From positions 19,592,001 to 19,656,000 of the forward strand of contig JBHGNT010000011.1 in NCBI GenBank assembly GCA_043228905.1: a stretch of DNA of 64,000 nucleotides, written 5' to 3'. This DNA comes from Azolla caroliniana (Eukaryota; Plantae; Polypodiophyta). Shown piece by piece: positions 1 to 12,600 of the stretch; the stretch's first letter is position 1; each line of letters begins with the position of its first letter. The notes below the pieces were generated by a model. The model was not told where the DNA came from and searched no databases. It was given only the letters and a program-made list of their open reading frames with translations. The translations under genes and the position numbers were made by a program.

Positions 1-306
1 ACGGTTCGGTTTGAACCGAACCGAACCGCGAAACCTCGACTTATCGGATTCAACGGTTCGATTTGGCTCGGTTCAAGTTTAGGTTTTTTTAAACAGTTCG
101 GTTTGGTTTCAATTGTCAGAAGGTTTTTTTATTTTTTTAAATTTAAAAATAATGAAATATTATAAAAATTTAAATTTGACCTAAGTTGAAAACTGAAACT
201 GAACCATGAAACCGCGGGTTTAATGGTTTCGTGGCTCGGTTCAGGTTTCAAAAAATTTAAACAGTTCGGTTTTCACCCTCTCAAACCGAACCGTTGCCAA
301 TTGTTA
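1..306. mobile_element. Right part of an hAT-type MITE with AACCG/CGGTT subterminal repeats (left end outside window)
   Basis: Dense AACCG/CGGTT pentamers flank an AT-rich core. It ends in ...CCGTTGCCAATTGTTA (306), a variant of the ...GGGCCCATT(A/G)CTA terminus of the complete copy at 41633-42192. Confidence 0.7.
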
Positions 307-2312
307 GGCACGGATGGTGTAGGTCACTCAACTAAGGGCGTGTGCAACCGTCCGATGTGGATAAAAAGCTGACATTGTTACCTTGAGCCCGACTTCCTGA
401 CTGCCTCTTTTACCAAGAGCCCGACTCTGTCACTAGGAGCCTGACTATCTAACAACCTCTATCACAAGGAGCGTGACCGAGTCAGTGCACGAGCCCGACT
501 CAAAGCTTGTCAAAAATTTAAAAATAATAAAGTAATATACTAAGACCATTATTATTAAAAGTGAATGGTTTGGTGGTTAGAGTTATTCTTAGTATGTGAT
601 AGATGTACATTCAAAACGTTTTCTTTTACTTCTTTTTTCTTTTTCAACTTCTTTCTTTTTAGTTTTCTTCTTCTTCGACTTTTTTTTTTAGGGTTTCGAC
701 ATTTAGTTTTAGGCTATGTAGTCACTTTACAATTCATTTACATTTAAGGGTTCTTAATGGCGTTATTGAATTCAACACCTTAATTATTAAATGTGTTCAT
801 TTTTTACATCACAAGTTTGTAGCTGTAGGCACACAAGGTACGCCTCATGGTATTCAGTGTTCACTTGCCACTCTTAACTTTTAGAGAAGGCTTGATACTA
901 TGCTTACAAATTACCAAAGTTTCTCATACAAATTTAATGGAAGTTTTTCTTCATCTATTCACACAAACTAAATTGTTTTTGCATGATATATAAGGAACTA
1001 CACATGGATGGATTTGACCTTGTTATGGAAGATATAGAGAATTGAAGCCTTATTGTAGATGAGCCATCCTAATAGTCTAAAAGATATATCTTTATATCAT
1101 GGAATGGTTACATTTATACTAAGGTGGCAAATCTTCCTTGTATTTGGAATTGGTCTTTTGGGAAAATAATTAGCAATAGGTTGTCCTCCAAACACCCTCT
1201 TGTATGCAATTACTTCTCATCCTTTAATTGCTTTATACTTGCAAGGTGTAAAATTGTCATCATCAAACACTTAACCATATGTTGTCGATCGTACCTTTGT
1301 GCCCTAGTATATAACTAAACATTTGCAAACTCTGATTGATGCAATTGAACTTTTTGCTTTAGTTGTCGGATTGAACATTTGTTTTCCTATCTCTTAAGAT
1401 GCTTCTTTTCATAATTCACAATGAACACCAGGTACCAAGAATGGGAATTCCAACAGCTCATCTTAACACACAATGAGTGGATCATAACATTTGAAATTGG
1501 TAGAGTACTATTGTTAATTATGTGTGTTGATCAATTTCAAAGGTAGGTGGTAATCCAGAAGGATATACAAATGCATGCAACTAAGGCATGGCTACTGTAA
1601 TTTACCATTAATTAAACAATGAGGGAGTTGCTAACATGACATTTTCTACCGAAGACCAATGGAAAGCTACTTATGCCAAATAGAACAGTGATGATTTCAA
1701 CGTATCTTACTCGAAACTTTCCCTTTCATAACTCTCTTCTCACTAAATCCTATACTCGATAGAAATTTAAAGAAAAAATATCAGAAAAATAATTTCTCTA
1801 ACCCATGGAAGAAATTGAACGATATAATTAGATTATAATACAAAACACAAATAGAAGGAAAATAGTTTGTTGTATTGTGATTTGTGTGAGTACACAAAAC
1901 AAAAGAAATCAAAATGAAGGCCAAATCAACCTGGAGACCATAACTAGAGGAGCTACCCAAATCAAGATTTGTACAAGGATAGTCACTAGATTAGATTTGC
2001 AATCTCTGATTTCAACTACATGCAGTGAGAATTTTGAGAACTTTGAGGAGTTTCATCTTCGTCTACGCTACCTTTGCACAAACACTGATGTGTGTCGAGT
2101 CTTCTTTGTCTTCTTCAAACCTAGTGAGATTCTTCTCCATGCAGTTGTTAAGGAATCTTTCCATTAAACGTGGTGAAGTTCTATATCGAAACATTTGAAT
2201 GTCATCCCGACTAAGCAACAATGACCTAAAACATTGTAAGGCTCCTCGGGCTCTTGCCTCGTGTGAGTCGGGCTCCTGCTTCAGGTCAGTTGAGCTCCCC
2301 GGGCTCCTGCTA
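307..2312. mobile_element. Degenerate DNA transposon (hAT-like) with GAGCCCGACT subterminal repeats
   Basis: GAGCCCGACT-like motifs recur at ~385-505, and the inverted AGTCGGGCTC/CGGGCTC occurs at ~2245-2306. The right end is ...CCGGGCTCCTGCTA (2312). The interior has no long ORF. Confidence 0.55.
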
Positions 2313-2466
2313 AACCAATAAGCCGCTAAACCGTGAAACCCAAAAACCAAACCGAATAGTATCCTTTGAAACTAGAACAAACTATTTATATAACTTTGAA
2401 CCGATAAACCTTAAGCCACAACTTAACGGTTCGGTTCGGTTCGAGTCGAAACCAGGCCCATTGTTA
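2313..2466. mobile_element. Right end of another AACCG-family hAT MITE
   Basis: AAACCG repeats followed by TTAACGGTTCGGTTCGGTTCGAGTCGAAACCAGGCCCATTGTTA, matching the right end of the 41633-42192 element. Confidence 0.7.
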
Positions 2467-2699
2467 AATACTCCAATAATATATTGTCCTTTGGAACATT
2501 TGAGGTTAGTATTTAAAGAGGCATTCAATAGTTTGAATTGAACATCTAAACTAAAAATTGGATTTATATGGGAAGACAATGAAGATTTTGAATGTTACGT
2601 TGTGTATGTAATTAGATGTGAAATTTGAAAATACTAAAGGACCAATTTGATGGCAACAAATCAGTTGTGGAGGGGTTAGATGATTAATATATAGGTGAT

Positions 2700-4460
2700 A
2701 TTCATATACATAATGTGGTAGAAGGTACAAGTTCAAATAGTCTATGCATTTATCACATGGGCAATGTCATTGACGAATAGGCCCGAATAAATAATGCAAG
2801 GCACCATCTATACAATCGGAGGATACAAACATGTTCTAGAAGTATCTATTGTTTAAGGATACATAGATGCAAAATGCATGCACTTTGTAGAATAATTAGG
2901 AAGCTTGTTTGCTTCGTATAACACATGTTTTTCTTGAATATCAAAGCAAGAAAAGAGTTTGTAAATTTTGGAAAGTGTCTTATCCACTAAAGGGCTTGAA
3001 TGGTGCTCATGGGAATCTCACTAATAAATCATTTGAGGAATCAAAGTTAGAATAATATTATATTCTAATTGTGAGAAAAAGAAACATAAGACTACTATAA
3101 TGTATGATAGGTGGAAAGAGCTACATGCTTAGATGGGCCATTCAAAAGGTGGAGTTGATGTTTGCATACTTATAGATAAAAAAAGTATTGAGCTTGCGAA
3201 GGAGAAATGGGCATCTGGTAATTTAAAACTCCAGAGTTAAGTGGAAAGAATACTTAGGATGGACTAGTTTGACTCTAACACAAGCCATTTTAGATGGCTA
3301 AAAATTCATGATAACCATGGTGATCTCTTTGCTAAACTCTTTTTATGGGCAACATTGAAAGACAATTAATGCTATATTACTATTCTTGTTTCCTTCACTT
3401 CTCACATTTTAGTGAATATTTTACCAATATGGAGTTACAAAAGGTAAGAGTTTAAAAAATACCCTGGAATATATTCAATCGTAATGTGCCACTTTTACAA
3501 CCATGCGTTGCAAATTTTAGGTTGGACCAATCCCATGATGGATGCATTGCAGAAAGTTCCAGTCTTTCAGTACAATGTGAAATTGGGTAGAACCTTACTC
3601 ATGTCTGAGAATATTCGAACTCCTGCAACTCAAAAGCACTGGAATAAGTGGGGTGTTTCAAGCACTCATTTGAAGGCATATTGGACATGGATTTGGTCTT
3701 TCAAGGGACCAACCAAACATATTCTCTTTGGATGGCTTTTACTACATGCAACACTATCAGTAGGTCAGTCATTTAGAGGAGATGTGGCAACTAGTCTTAG
3801 ACAATGTCGTTATTGTGATGACATGCATGAAACTACCAAGCATGCTCTCTGGTCATGCTCAATAGCCCAACAGGTATGGAATAAAGTTATCTCTTTATTC
3901 CTGACAATTAACATAGGCTGCCTCTTCTCTTCGGGGTCAACGGTATGGGGGGTTCTCCATTCCAGTCTCCTGTTGTATGAAGCAGATGATGCTCCAGAGG
4001 CTATCACAGTCATCGACAAACATCTAATTACTGTCTCCCCTTTTTAGCACCTCGCAAGCAAATGCATGCAACCCATGTATGGAAAACAATATATACGGTT
4101 ACATTATGGATATTATGGAAGTATCATTGTAAAAGACAATATGAGTTCATAATTCCTCTTCTCTCAGATATATTGCCGAAATGATGGGGGAGCTTTATTG
4201 GTGGTTGTGCGGGGGCAATATGACAATATGCCAGGCTCGTCGGAGGTTGTTCTGAAGAAAAGGAAAAAATTATGCAATTATGGAGGAAATTACCTCTGTT
4301 CACAGTCTCCTCTAAAGGGCCTTTATGGAAATATCATCACCCTTGGTCCTTGCCCTGACCATTTTTTTTGTATATAATACTCTTTGATTTTACATTTTTG
4401 TAGCCCTCTGACACTTTTCTTAATACTAACGAAGGAAATCTTTTTTGAAAAAAAATAAAA
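2700..4460 (+). mobile_element. Degenerate L1-type LINE 3' fragment (zf-RVT region and A-rich tail)
   Basis: ORF 3484-4047 contains ...WTWIW...LFGWLLLH...CRYCDDMHETTKHALWSCSIAQQVW, the CCHC zf-RVT signature of plant L1 ORF2. It is followed by frameshifted 'TLWILWK'-like sequence and an A-rich tail at ~4448-4460. The 5' boundary is approximate. Confidence 0.75.
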
Positions 4461-4807
4461 TGTTAGGTTGCCCTTACGTTACACAACAACTCGTAGTAAT
4501 GTTAAGCCTTAGATAGGGTTTGCATCATGCATGAAAAGTGGAAAGTGTCGACATATGCTTTCCATACGAGGTGGAACAAACAATGACCAACTTTACACAG
4601 GGATACATTACCAATATGTGGGGCATTATGGGAGTATTGATGAAAGGGGGACATGCAGGTAGGTACCCCAATCGAAACGCTCCACTATGCGAGCAATGAC
4701 AAAGAAAGTCGAAAGGGGTGGAGGGTTGACAGTAGCCGATGAAACATATATTAGATGCAACAAGGGGCTTTGTTTCCGGGAGCGGAGAAGGGGCGGCATC
4801 CGTAAAC

Positions 4808-4839
4808 TCTATAAACCCTAAACCCTAAACCCAAAGCCC
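4808..4839 (+). promoter_or_regulatory. Telo-box / short interstitial telomeric repeat upstream of gene 1
   Basis: TAAACCCTAAACCCTAAACCC (plant CCCTAAA units) followed by AGCCCA (site II-like), ~530 bp before the ATG at 5369. Confidence 0.5.
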
Positions 4840-5368
4840 ATATGTAAGAGAAAAGGCGACGGATTCGGAATCGGATTCGGAATCGGGTGGTGGCGGGATC
4901 GGAAGGTTGAGATGTTCCATGAATAATTATTAATGTTAAAGAGTAGTAATGAACAAAAACTACTCTTTTTGCCTTTCATGTGGAGGAGAAGAGGAAGAGG
5001 AAGGAGAGGCCTTTCATTTGAAACCTCTTTTTCTCTGTTCATCTGCAATACATACACCAACTACCCTGCCCCTGCCCCTGCCCCTGCCCTTGCCCCTGCC
5101 TCTGCCTCTGCCTCTGCGTCTTCCGTCTCCGCGTTCGTGTCTGTATGTACGTGCAAAATTCCTGTCTTCTTCGATGTGGAGCTTCTCCGCCCACCCCCTT
5201 GCCACAGACGCAGACGCAGATGCAGACGCAGACCCAGAAGCAACTACACCAATGGTCTCCGCCATCACAAATCCAATTTCACCGACCAAGGTCGCTGTCT
5301 TCTTCTTCTTCGTCTAACGCCCCAGAAGAATCCATCGCCCAATAAACAATTTCAAAAAATAAAATAAA

Positions 5369-6643
5369 ATGCCTCCTCCCTCTTCTTCGTCCACCCTTCA
5401 TCTCCCCATGCACCCCATCGGTGATGAAGACGAAGATGATGTTGCCTCGTATAGTAGTAGTAATGGCAATGGCGATAGGATTACTGGTTGTAACAGGGAT
5501 CCTGCTCTCGATGTTCATGGTCATGTTCTTTCACAATCAGATGACAATCAGATGGAGATACAAATACAGGTATTACGCTTCTCCCCAATTGCCCTCTCAT
5601 TCCATCTTGGATGTATTGGACTATATATATGTACTGCGTATAAATTTTCCGGGTCAGCGGTAACTTGACTGCTATATTGCTGATAGTAATGAGTAGAATT
5701 CTCTGTCGATCTCCTAATTGGTTCATCTATGCAAATTCCAGGACTCTGCTCCAATCACGGACCACAATCCAGGACAACATGTCATGGATCCTCATCATCC
5801 TCACTCTCACTCTCATTCTCCTTCTCACGACATTGTCAACATTGCAGGTGAACTTGAACAAAATTCTAACTTGTGTTTTTAATATAGAAAATGAATATCT
5901 GGAATGTCCCTGAAGAGAAATAAACTGTGATTTTCTGGTGGGGAAATATGATATGTAGACAGGTCAGGCTTATAAAACGTATTTCTTTGGAGTTAAAATT
6001 CATCAATAAAAAGAGTGGTTAGTGGTTTCAAGTTTCAGTTGATCAATAGGTTCACGATACAGCTCTTAAGTTAGGTTAGAGTATATCAATAGAAATTACA
6101 CCGGAGTTTATAACTTTGCAGATTGTTGTGTTGTTGTGGTAACAACATCTTAATTCCCGAGATTGCTTTTTTCACTGCAATAGTCAAGCGTCCTTAAAAT
6201 GGCCAGCATTTTACCAAATTGAATAATTAAATATCAGGCTGCTGTATCAAATAGAAACTTTGTAAAGTGTTATTTTTCACCTAGTCTTCTACTACTATGC
6301 AAGCCCATTTGCAGGTATGAATGAGTGCTTTTCCTAAAGAGGGTAGGAAACTTCGCCAATAGGTCATTTTGATTGGTTTTCTGAAAGAATTTATTTTAAA
6401 AGTGTTTATTTTCGACTGTGCAATTACATTTCTTCTGACACATTCCACTATGCAGATGATCGGAGAGTTCTGTTGGCTATCACAGTGGCAATAAATGATG
6501 GGCAAATAGAACTACTTTCTGTGAGAGATGGAGATTGTTTAGAAGAGTTGGCAACCAAGTTTTGCAAAGACCATTCCATATCTGATAATTATGTTCCCCC
6601 TTTGACTCAACATCTTGCTTCCACGCTTCAAAGCCTCGGGTAA

Positions 6644-6693
<50 letters not shown>

Positions 6694-9600
6694 CCCCCAT
6701 CCCCCAATTTCGTTCTTGTGTATTTAAATTGAAAATTTAGTCTGACAACATTTGTTGTACTGGCAATAGGAAGGAAGTTACTCAGGATATAGAGATGACT
6801 AATGCTACTCACACATCAGAAAGACATAACCATACCCGTCCATTATATGAAAAGACAAAACCAGAATTATGTACTCACCGGCTATGTTCACTCAAATCTC
6901 TAGGTAGTCAAGAAATTCCCAAGGTGAAAACAAGGAAACCAACTGGTCACCATGTGCTACCCTCTTTTGCTAGTTTGGCGAAGTTTCAAAAAGTTACTGA
7001 AAAGAAAGTGGAGCCGCAGCGATCACCCCAACTCTCACCAAAATCGGTAAATATCAGGCTAAACGAGTCAGATTACAGTTTATTTTCCATTTTTATTTTT
7101 GACCTCTCAGAGGGATGGTTCACTTATACAGAAGGCAGTGTATACTAGACTTTATGTTGAATTTCTACATCAGAAACAACGAATGGAGGAAGAACAACAA
7201 GCATCTCTGGCACAATATCGTGAGAGGTTGGAAAGAGATAAACCAGCATATACAAAAGTATGTAAACAAATAATCCTGAATATTCATTCTTATATAGTCT
7301 TGAAATGATCTTCAGATATATTGAAACTGTTTACAACTTGACCTGTTTCCAATTAAATTCAAGAAAAAGTGCAATTCAGCATCATTTTATTTGTATACGC
7401 CTCCTTAATCCGAATATAAGCTTGCACTTAATGGTTGGTGCATGAATTTCAAAGTTCTCCCAAGGAAAACATAATCAATAATTTTGTCGCAGGTTATTAA
7501 ATAATATGCTTTTTCCACATGCTATGTGGCATGTGACTTAACAGATGGAGGTAGATAAGCGTCGCAAAATTTTAACTTTCTCCCAACGAAAAGATAATTA
7601 ATGGTTTTGTGCCATGATCATTAACCAATATGTTCTTTACACATGCCATATAGCTTGTGACTGAACAGACAGAGGTGAATAAGCTATTGAATAATGATTA
7701 CTGCAAATTTTCAAATTTCTCCCCAAGGAAAATACCAATTCATGCCTAAAAAAGATTTTTGAAGATCACTTCCGTTCTGCCATAAATTTGCATGCATTTT
7801 CCTATATCAATCTCTAACTGATGTGAAGCGGCTCTGAACTGGTCTGTCACACTAAGAGAGCATGAGATAGATGTGTATCCATATAAGAAAGCCTGATGAC
7901 AAATCCATCCTGCAATGTGTGTATGAAGAGAGGCTTATAGTGTGCCATCTTCCTACCAATATATGCTGTGAGGCTGACCAATGCTCTTTTCACTATCTGA
8001 TTTTATGATACTATTTGGATCACTCATTATTCTTTTTGACTTTGGTCGTGTTCAGGCGTGGACAATCCAAACTGTATTGGAACGGGAGTAGTGCATCTAT
8101 ACTTATGCCATTTGATTGGAACCATTCTTGCATTTCAGCATACAAACAATGATTATTTCCATGTTCTGCCAACATTTTAGATGACATAAGTACCATCCGG
8201 AGTATCTATGCTTTGGGGGCTCCCATATCTGTTAAACAGTTCTCATCAATCAGAACATTGCCTTCATCACTATTGTGGCCGTTCCCATCTCTGGCCAAAT
8301 TACATCATGGGACATTGATGCTTTTGTCCTTGATCATGTGGGTAATAACCGCGACTATAAGTTTCTCCAAAGTTTTCTAGTTAAGGATAATAGTATAGTT
8401 GTGTTTGTGGAAAGAAATCAAAATGGCCTAGAGCTAGTGCTCTCTTAAAAAAGCAAGAAAGCAAGAAAGTATATTAATGTCTCTTAAGAGGGAAAAATGG
8501 CCTATAAGACCAAACAAGAGAGTACATCTTAAAATGTTGTCTCTTCTTTGAGAACAAACCAAAATAAATGTAACTACAAAAATTAGTATATAAAAATAAA
8601 ATAACTAAAAGAATCCCTCCCTCTATACATGTAAAATTCTCAAGTCAAATCGATTGAAATTTTTGTATTGAAATCTCTAACATAGGTCGATCTAGAATGG
8701 AGAGATCTTCGAAGTGAGGTAATCACCTATGATGGTAGACATATTAGCCTTTATCTGTCAATGACAGGAGTGATGGTCCATGAGGGCCAGGCCTACATGC
8801 ATGACAAATTGCTATTGCCCAATGTATATTGTAACCCCTTGGGAGCCCACTTGTGTAGCCCTTAATAGTCTTGTAACATGAGCAGGAGAGATGGGGCTAA
8901 AGAAATTTGTGATTGTTCCTTGTTGCTGAGATTATGTGGTGTGTTGACGTCCTTCAACAACTTCATGAGTTCTAGAAGAATAACCCAAGCACCGTTGGTC
9001 CTCATATTCCATTACCTTGGATAGTGAGCCAAAGCCAAACTGCCTTATAGTGGGCCATCTTCTTACCAAGAGATGTGGAGTTGATCCATGTTCTTTCGTA
9101 ATTTGATGATATCAGTTTGGATCACTCTATTCTTTTATGCTTTGGTCATGTTTAGATGGGGATAATCCAAGCTATATTGGAAGGGGGGTTGTGCATTTAT
9201 GCTTTTGCTATGTGACTTGAACCACGGTTGTATTTCAGCATACCAGCAATGATTTTCTCCATGTTCAGAAAGTGGTTTTGATGACATGAATGCCAACCTT
9301 GAGTACCTTTGTTTAGGCAGCGCCCAAAGCTGTTGGATATCGGTCACTGATCAGAATAATGCCTCTGTGAATACTTGGGTGGCTCCCATCTCTACTATTT
9401 AAATCATGGGTCACCTATGGATTGCTGCTTATCATGGGAACATTCATTGAGACTAAAGGTCTCTCCAAATCTTTTCAGCTGTCTGCCTTGTGAAGACTTT
9501 GTCACCAGGTTTCTACTGCATAGAGAACAGTCAGTGTGACGTGTGTATCAAATAGCACATTTCCTTTCAAGAGGGCCAAGGACTGCATATCCACGAGAAA

Positions 9601-12600
9601 GTAGAGCACCGGCAACCTCCTGTAAGAAGAACCTAGGCATTGTGAATGTTACTCCTAGGTATATGTAGGATCCCCTTTTCTTCTCCCAATAATACTTCTG
9701 GTTCTGATCTTGTTACTGTGCTGGAGTGGTAGTTATCTAGGTTTACCGACAAGCCTTTGTTTGTATAAAATGATTTAAAGGCCTTTAGATGTCTTTTTTG
9801 TCTCTTTGGAGAGTCAGAGATCAGTCAAATATCATCAATATATTGTAATGTTTGTATGTCTGTGCCCACTAGGCATGCGCTCGGACTGCCAAATCTCTAT
9901 GCAATTGGATACTTCATCTGTATGGAGATAAAAGAGAGCGGGTGATAGTGCACATCCTTGTTTTACTCCAGTTGTTCTAGCCACTGCCTCTCACAACCCA
10001 TTGGTACATCAAACTTTCCTAACATGGATTCATCCGATGCATAGATTCCCCATAGTCTATCTTTGGGGACACCTAGGGCTTCTAGCTGCCGCATGAGCCG
10101 AGTGCAAGGTACAATATGGATGGCTTCCTGGAAATTCACATGTAGGAAGATGGCCCACTATAAGGCCTAAACCTAATATTTTCTGTTTTAATGATATTAG
10201 GTTGGATCAGTTCATGGTTTCCAACTTTGGTAATATCCCACGTGGACAATTCTAGCTATATTGGAGCAAGGGTAGTGCATTTATATTTGTGAGATGTGAC
10301 TCGACCATTCTTGCATTTTGGCATCTGGCCATGATTCTCCATTTTTTGTCAGCTGTTTTAATGACATGAGTGTCAATCTTGAGTATTTTTGCTTTTACCC
10401 ATCCCAAATCCATTGGGATACAAATCACTAATGAGGATAGTGCCTTGGTCACTGTTGGGGATTTGTCTATTGTGCCCAAATTTTGGCATGGGACGCGGAT
10501 GATTTTCTTCTCAACATGTGGGCAATTCTCAATATTACAAGTCTCTCCAACTGTCCTGTTAGGTGCCGCATGAAGGTTCGCGTCTGAAGGATTCCACCCC
10601 ATAGAGAAGAGTTGGTTTTATCAAGTAACTACTATTTAATTCGTGGTTCTTTGATTTGCACATGTTCACATTGTCTTTCAGGGGGTGCCAGTGGCTGCAT
10701 ATCCACAAGAACATCAATCATAGGCAATTACCCTCGTGCATTGAGAACCATGGCCCTGTGAACCATGTCTTGTTACCCATGTTTGAGTGGTGCCAAACAC
10801 TGCCACTATGGTTTTATCAAGGTTTACTAACAAGTCCTTGTCTATCCAAAATAATCATCTAGATGTCTCTGTAGTCACTTTTGAGAGTTGGAGATCAAAA
10901 CAATGTCATTGACAATTAGCAATATTGATATGACTATCTCTACCAAGCATGTTCTTGAACCACACCATATTTTCATGTAATTGGATACCTTATCTATATA
11001 AAGACTGAAGAGTGGTTGATAGTGATCAAAGGTCGTGTTGCTGGTCATGACCTTCGACAACCCATTAGGAGCAAACACTTTTCCTATTTCTGATTCATAC
11101 TGTTCATAGATTCCCTATTGCATATCAACCAGGACCCCAATGGCCTCTACACACTGCATGAGCTGAGGATGGGTCGCAATTTCGAAGGTTTTCTGAAAAT
11201 TCATAAAGCAATGATAGATTCTCTTTCCATGAGCTCTTCCTTCTTCAATAAGGGTTAGAAGGCTCGATAGGTGATCCAAAGTGGTGAAGCCCTTTTGGAA
11301 ACCTGCTTGTCTGGCCGAATGGAAGCCATATTTATTGCCCATATGCTCAATTCTGACTTTACGATTGAGCTATATATTTTTGGCCAAGTAATGGCTTAAT
11401 GAGTTAGAGAAATCAACTCAAATTTATATATCATGCAAGCCCTAAATAAAGAGATATTGGATTGACAATTGGGACTATGATTCTACTGTAACAAAATGAT
11501 AGTAGAAACATGAAATGAGTAATGAAGCTTGCATTGAATTGAGAGAAAAGAAGTACACTACTCTGAGCAGTATGTGAGATATATTAGTCCCATAGAGAAT
11601 AATGATTGTCATTAAAAAAAGTTAACAGATCTAGTCTCTGTTACTTTTCAGAAAACAAGAAGGTTAATGTTATTGAGAGGAAGGGCAGCAAAAAAATTTA
11701 AAAACTATGGTGAGCTTCTCTATCATGAAGCATTGAGGAAAGATGAAGAAAAAAGAAAGATTGCAGAGCAGAAGCATTTAGAAGCGCAATCTCATCTGCT
11801 GAAAGGATTCACAGCAAAACCTGAAATCAGGTGCTTATGACTTCTTTCTGAGGAATATTTTCTGGTATAATTTGAATAAGAAAGCACAAATGCATTTAAT
11901 TCCTCTGAAAAGAAGCATATATGTGGAAAAGTTAGTTTTACATAACTAACCTAGAACCAAGATCAATGGGGCCGGAACAACGTGTACTTTATTGTTGGAG
12001 GGACAAGTAGGAGTGGGTATCAATACACTTCTACGCCTACTAATGAATACTGATAAACAAAGAAATGAAGCTCTAAACCTAATACCCAAATGCACATATG
12101 TACGTCTAAATCTACTTAATTGTTCTTAATCCTATGAAGGAAAGAGGCGACAAAGTAATTCATGAGCATGATTAATGGCATTAAAGGTAGCTCCAACAAG
12201 TTACAATTGACCCAAACACTAACGATAGAAGCTGAAGTTTTTGGTCTTACAATAGTAAAAAGTAGATTAAGATTCAGATTATAACTGAACGAGGATAGAT
12301 ATTAGAAGAGGCCTAACTTCTAGCTCAAGTTCTCTAAAAGTAGATTAAGATTAAGATTATACGAATGTCTTTTATAGCTTTTACAATGCTCCTGGGCATT
12401 TTCACATTGAGCTATAAGTCTCCCTTAAAAGACTTTAATATATCTTTCTTTCTTTCTCTTTGTGCTCTCTATAATGTCTGCCTAATCTCAGCGTTCTTTG
12501 TAATGTATGCCTAATCTCTGCATTCTCTGTAATGTCTTCCTAATCTCTGCGTTCTCTGTAATGTCTGCCTAATCTCTGGGTTCTCTGTAATGGCTGCCTA

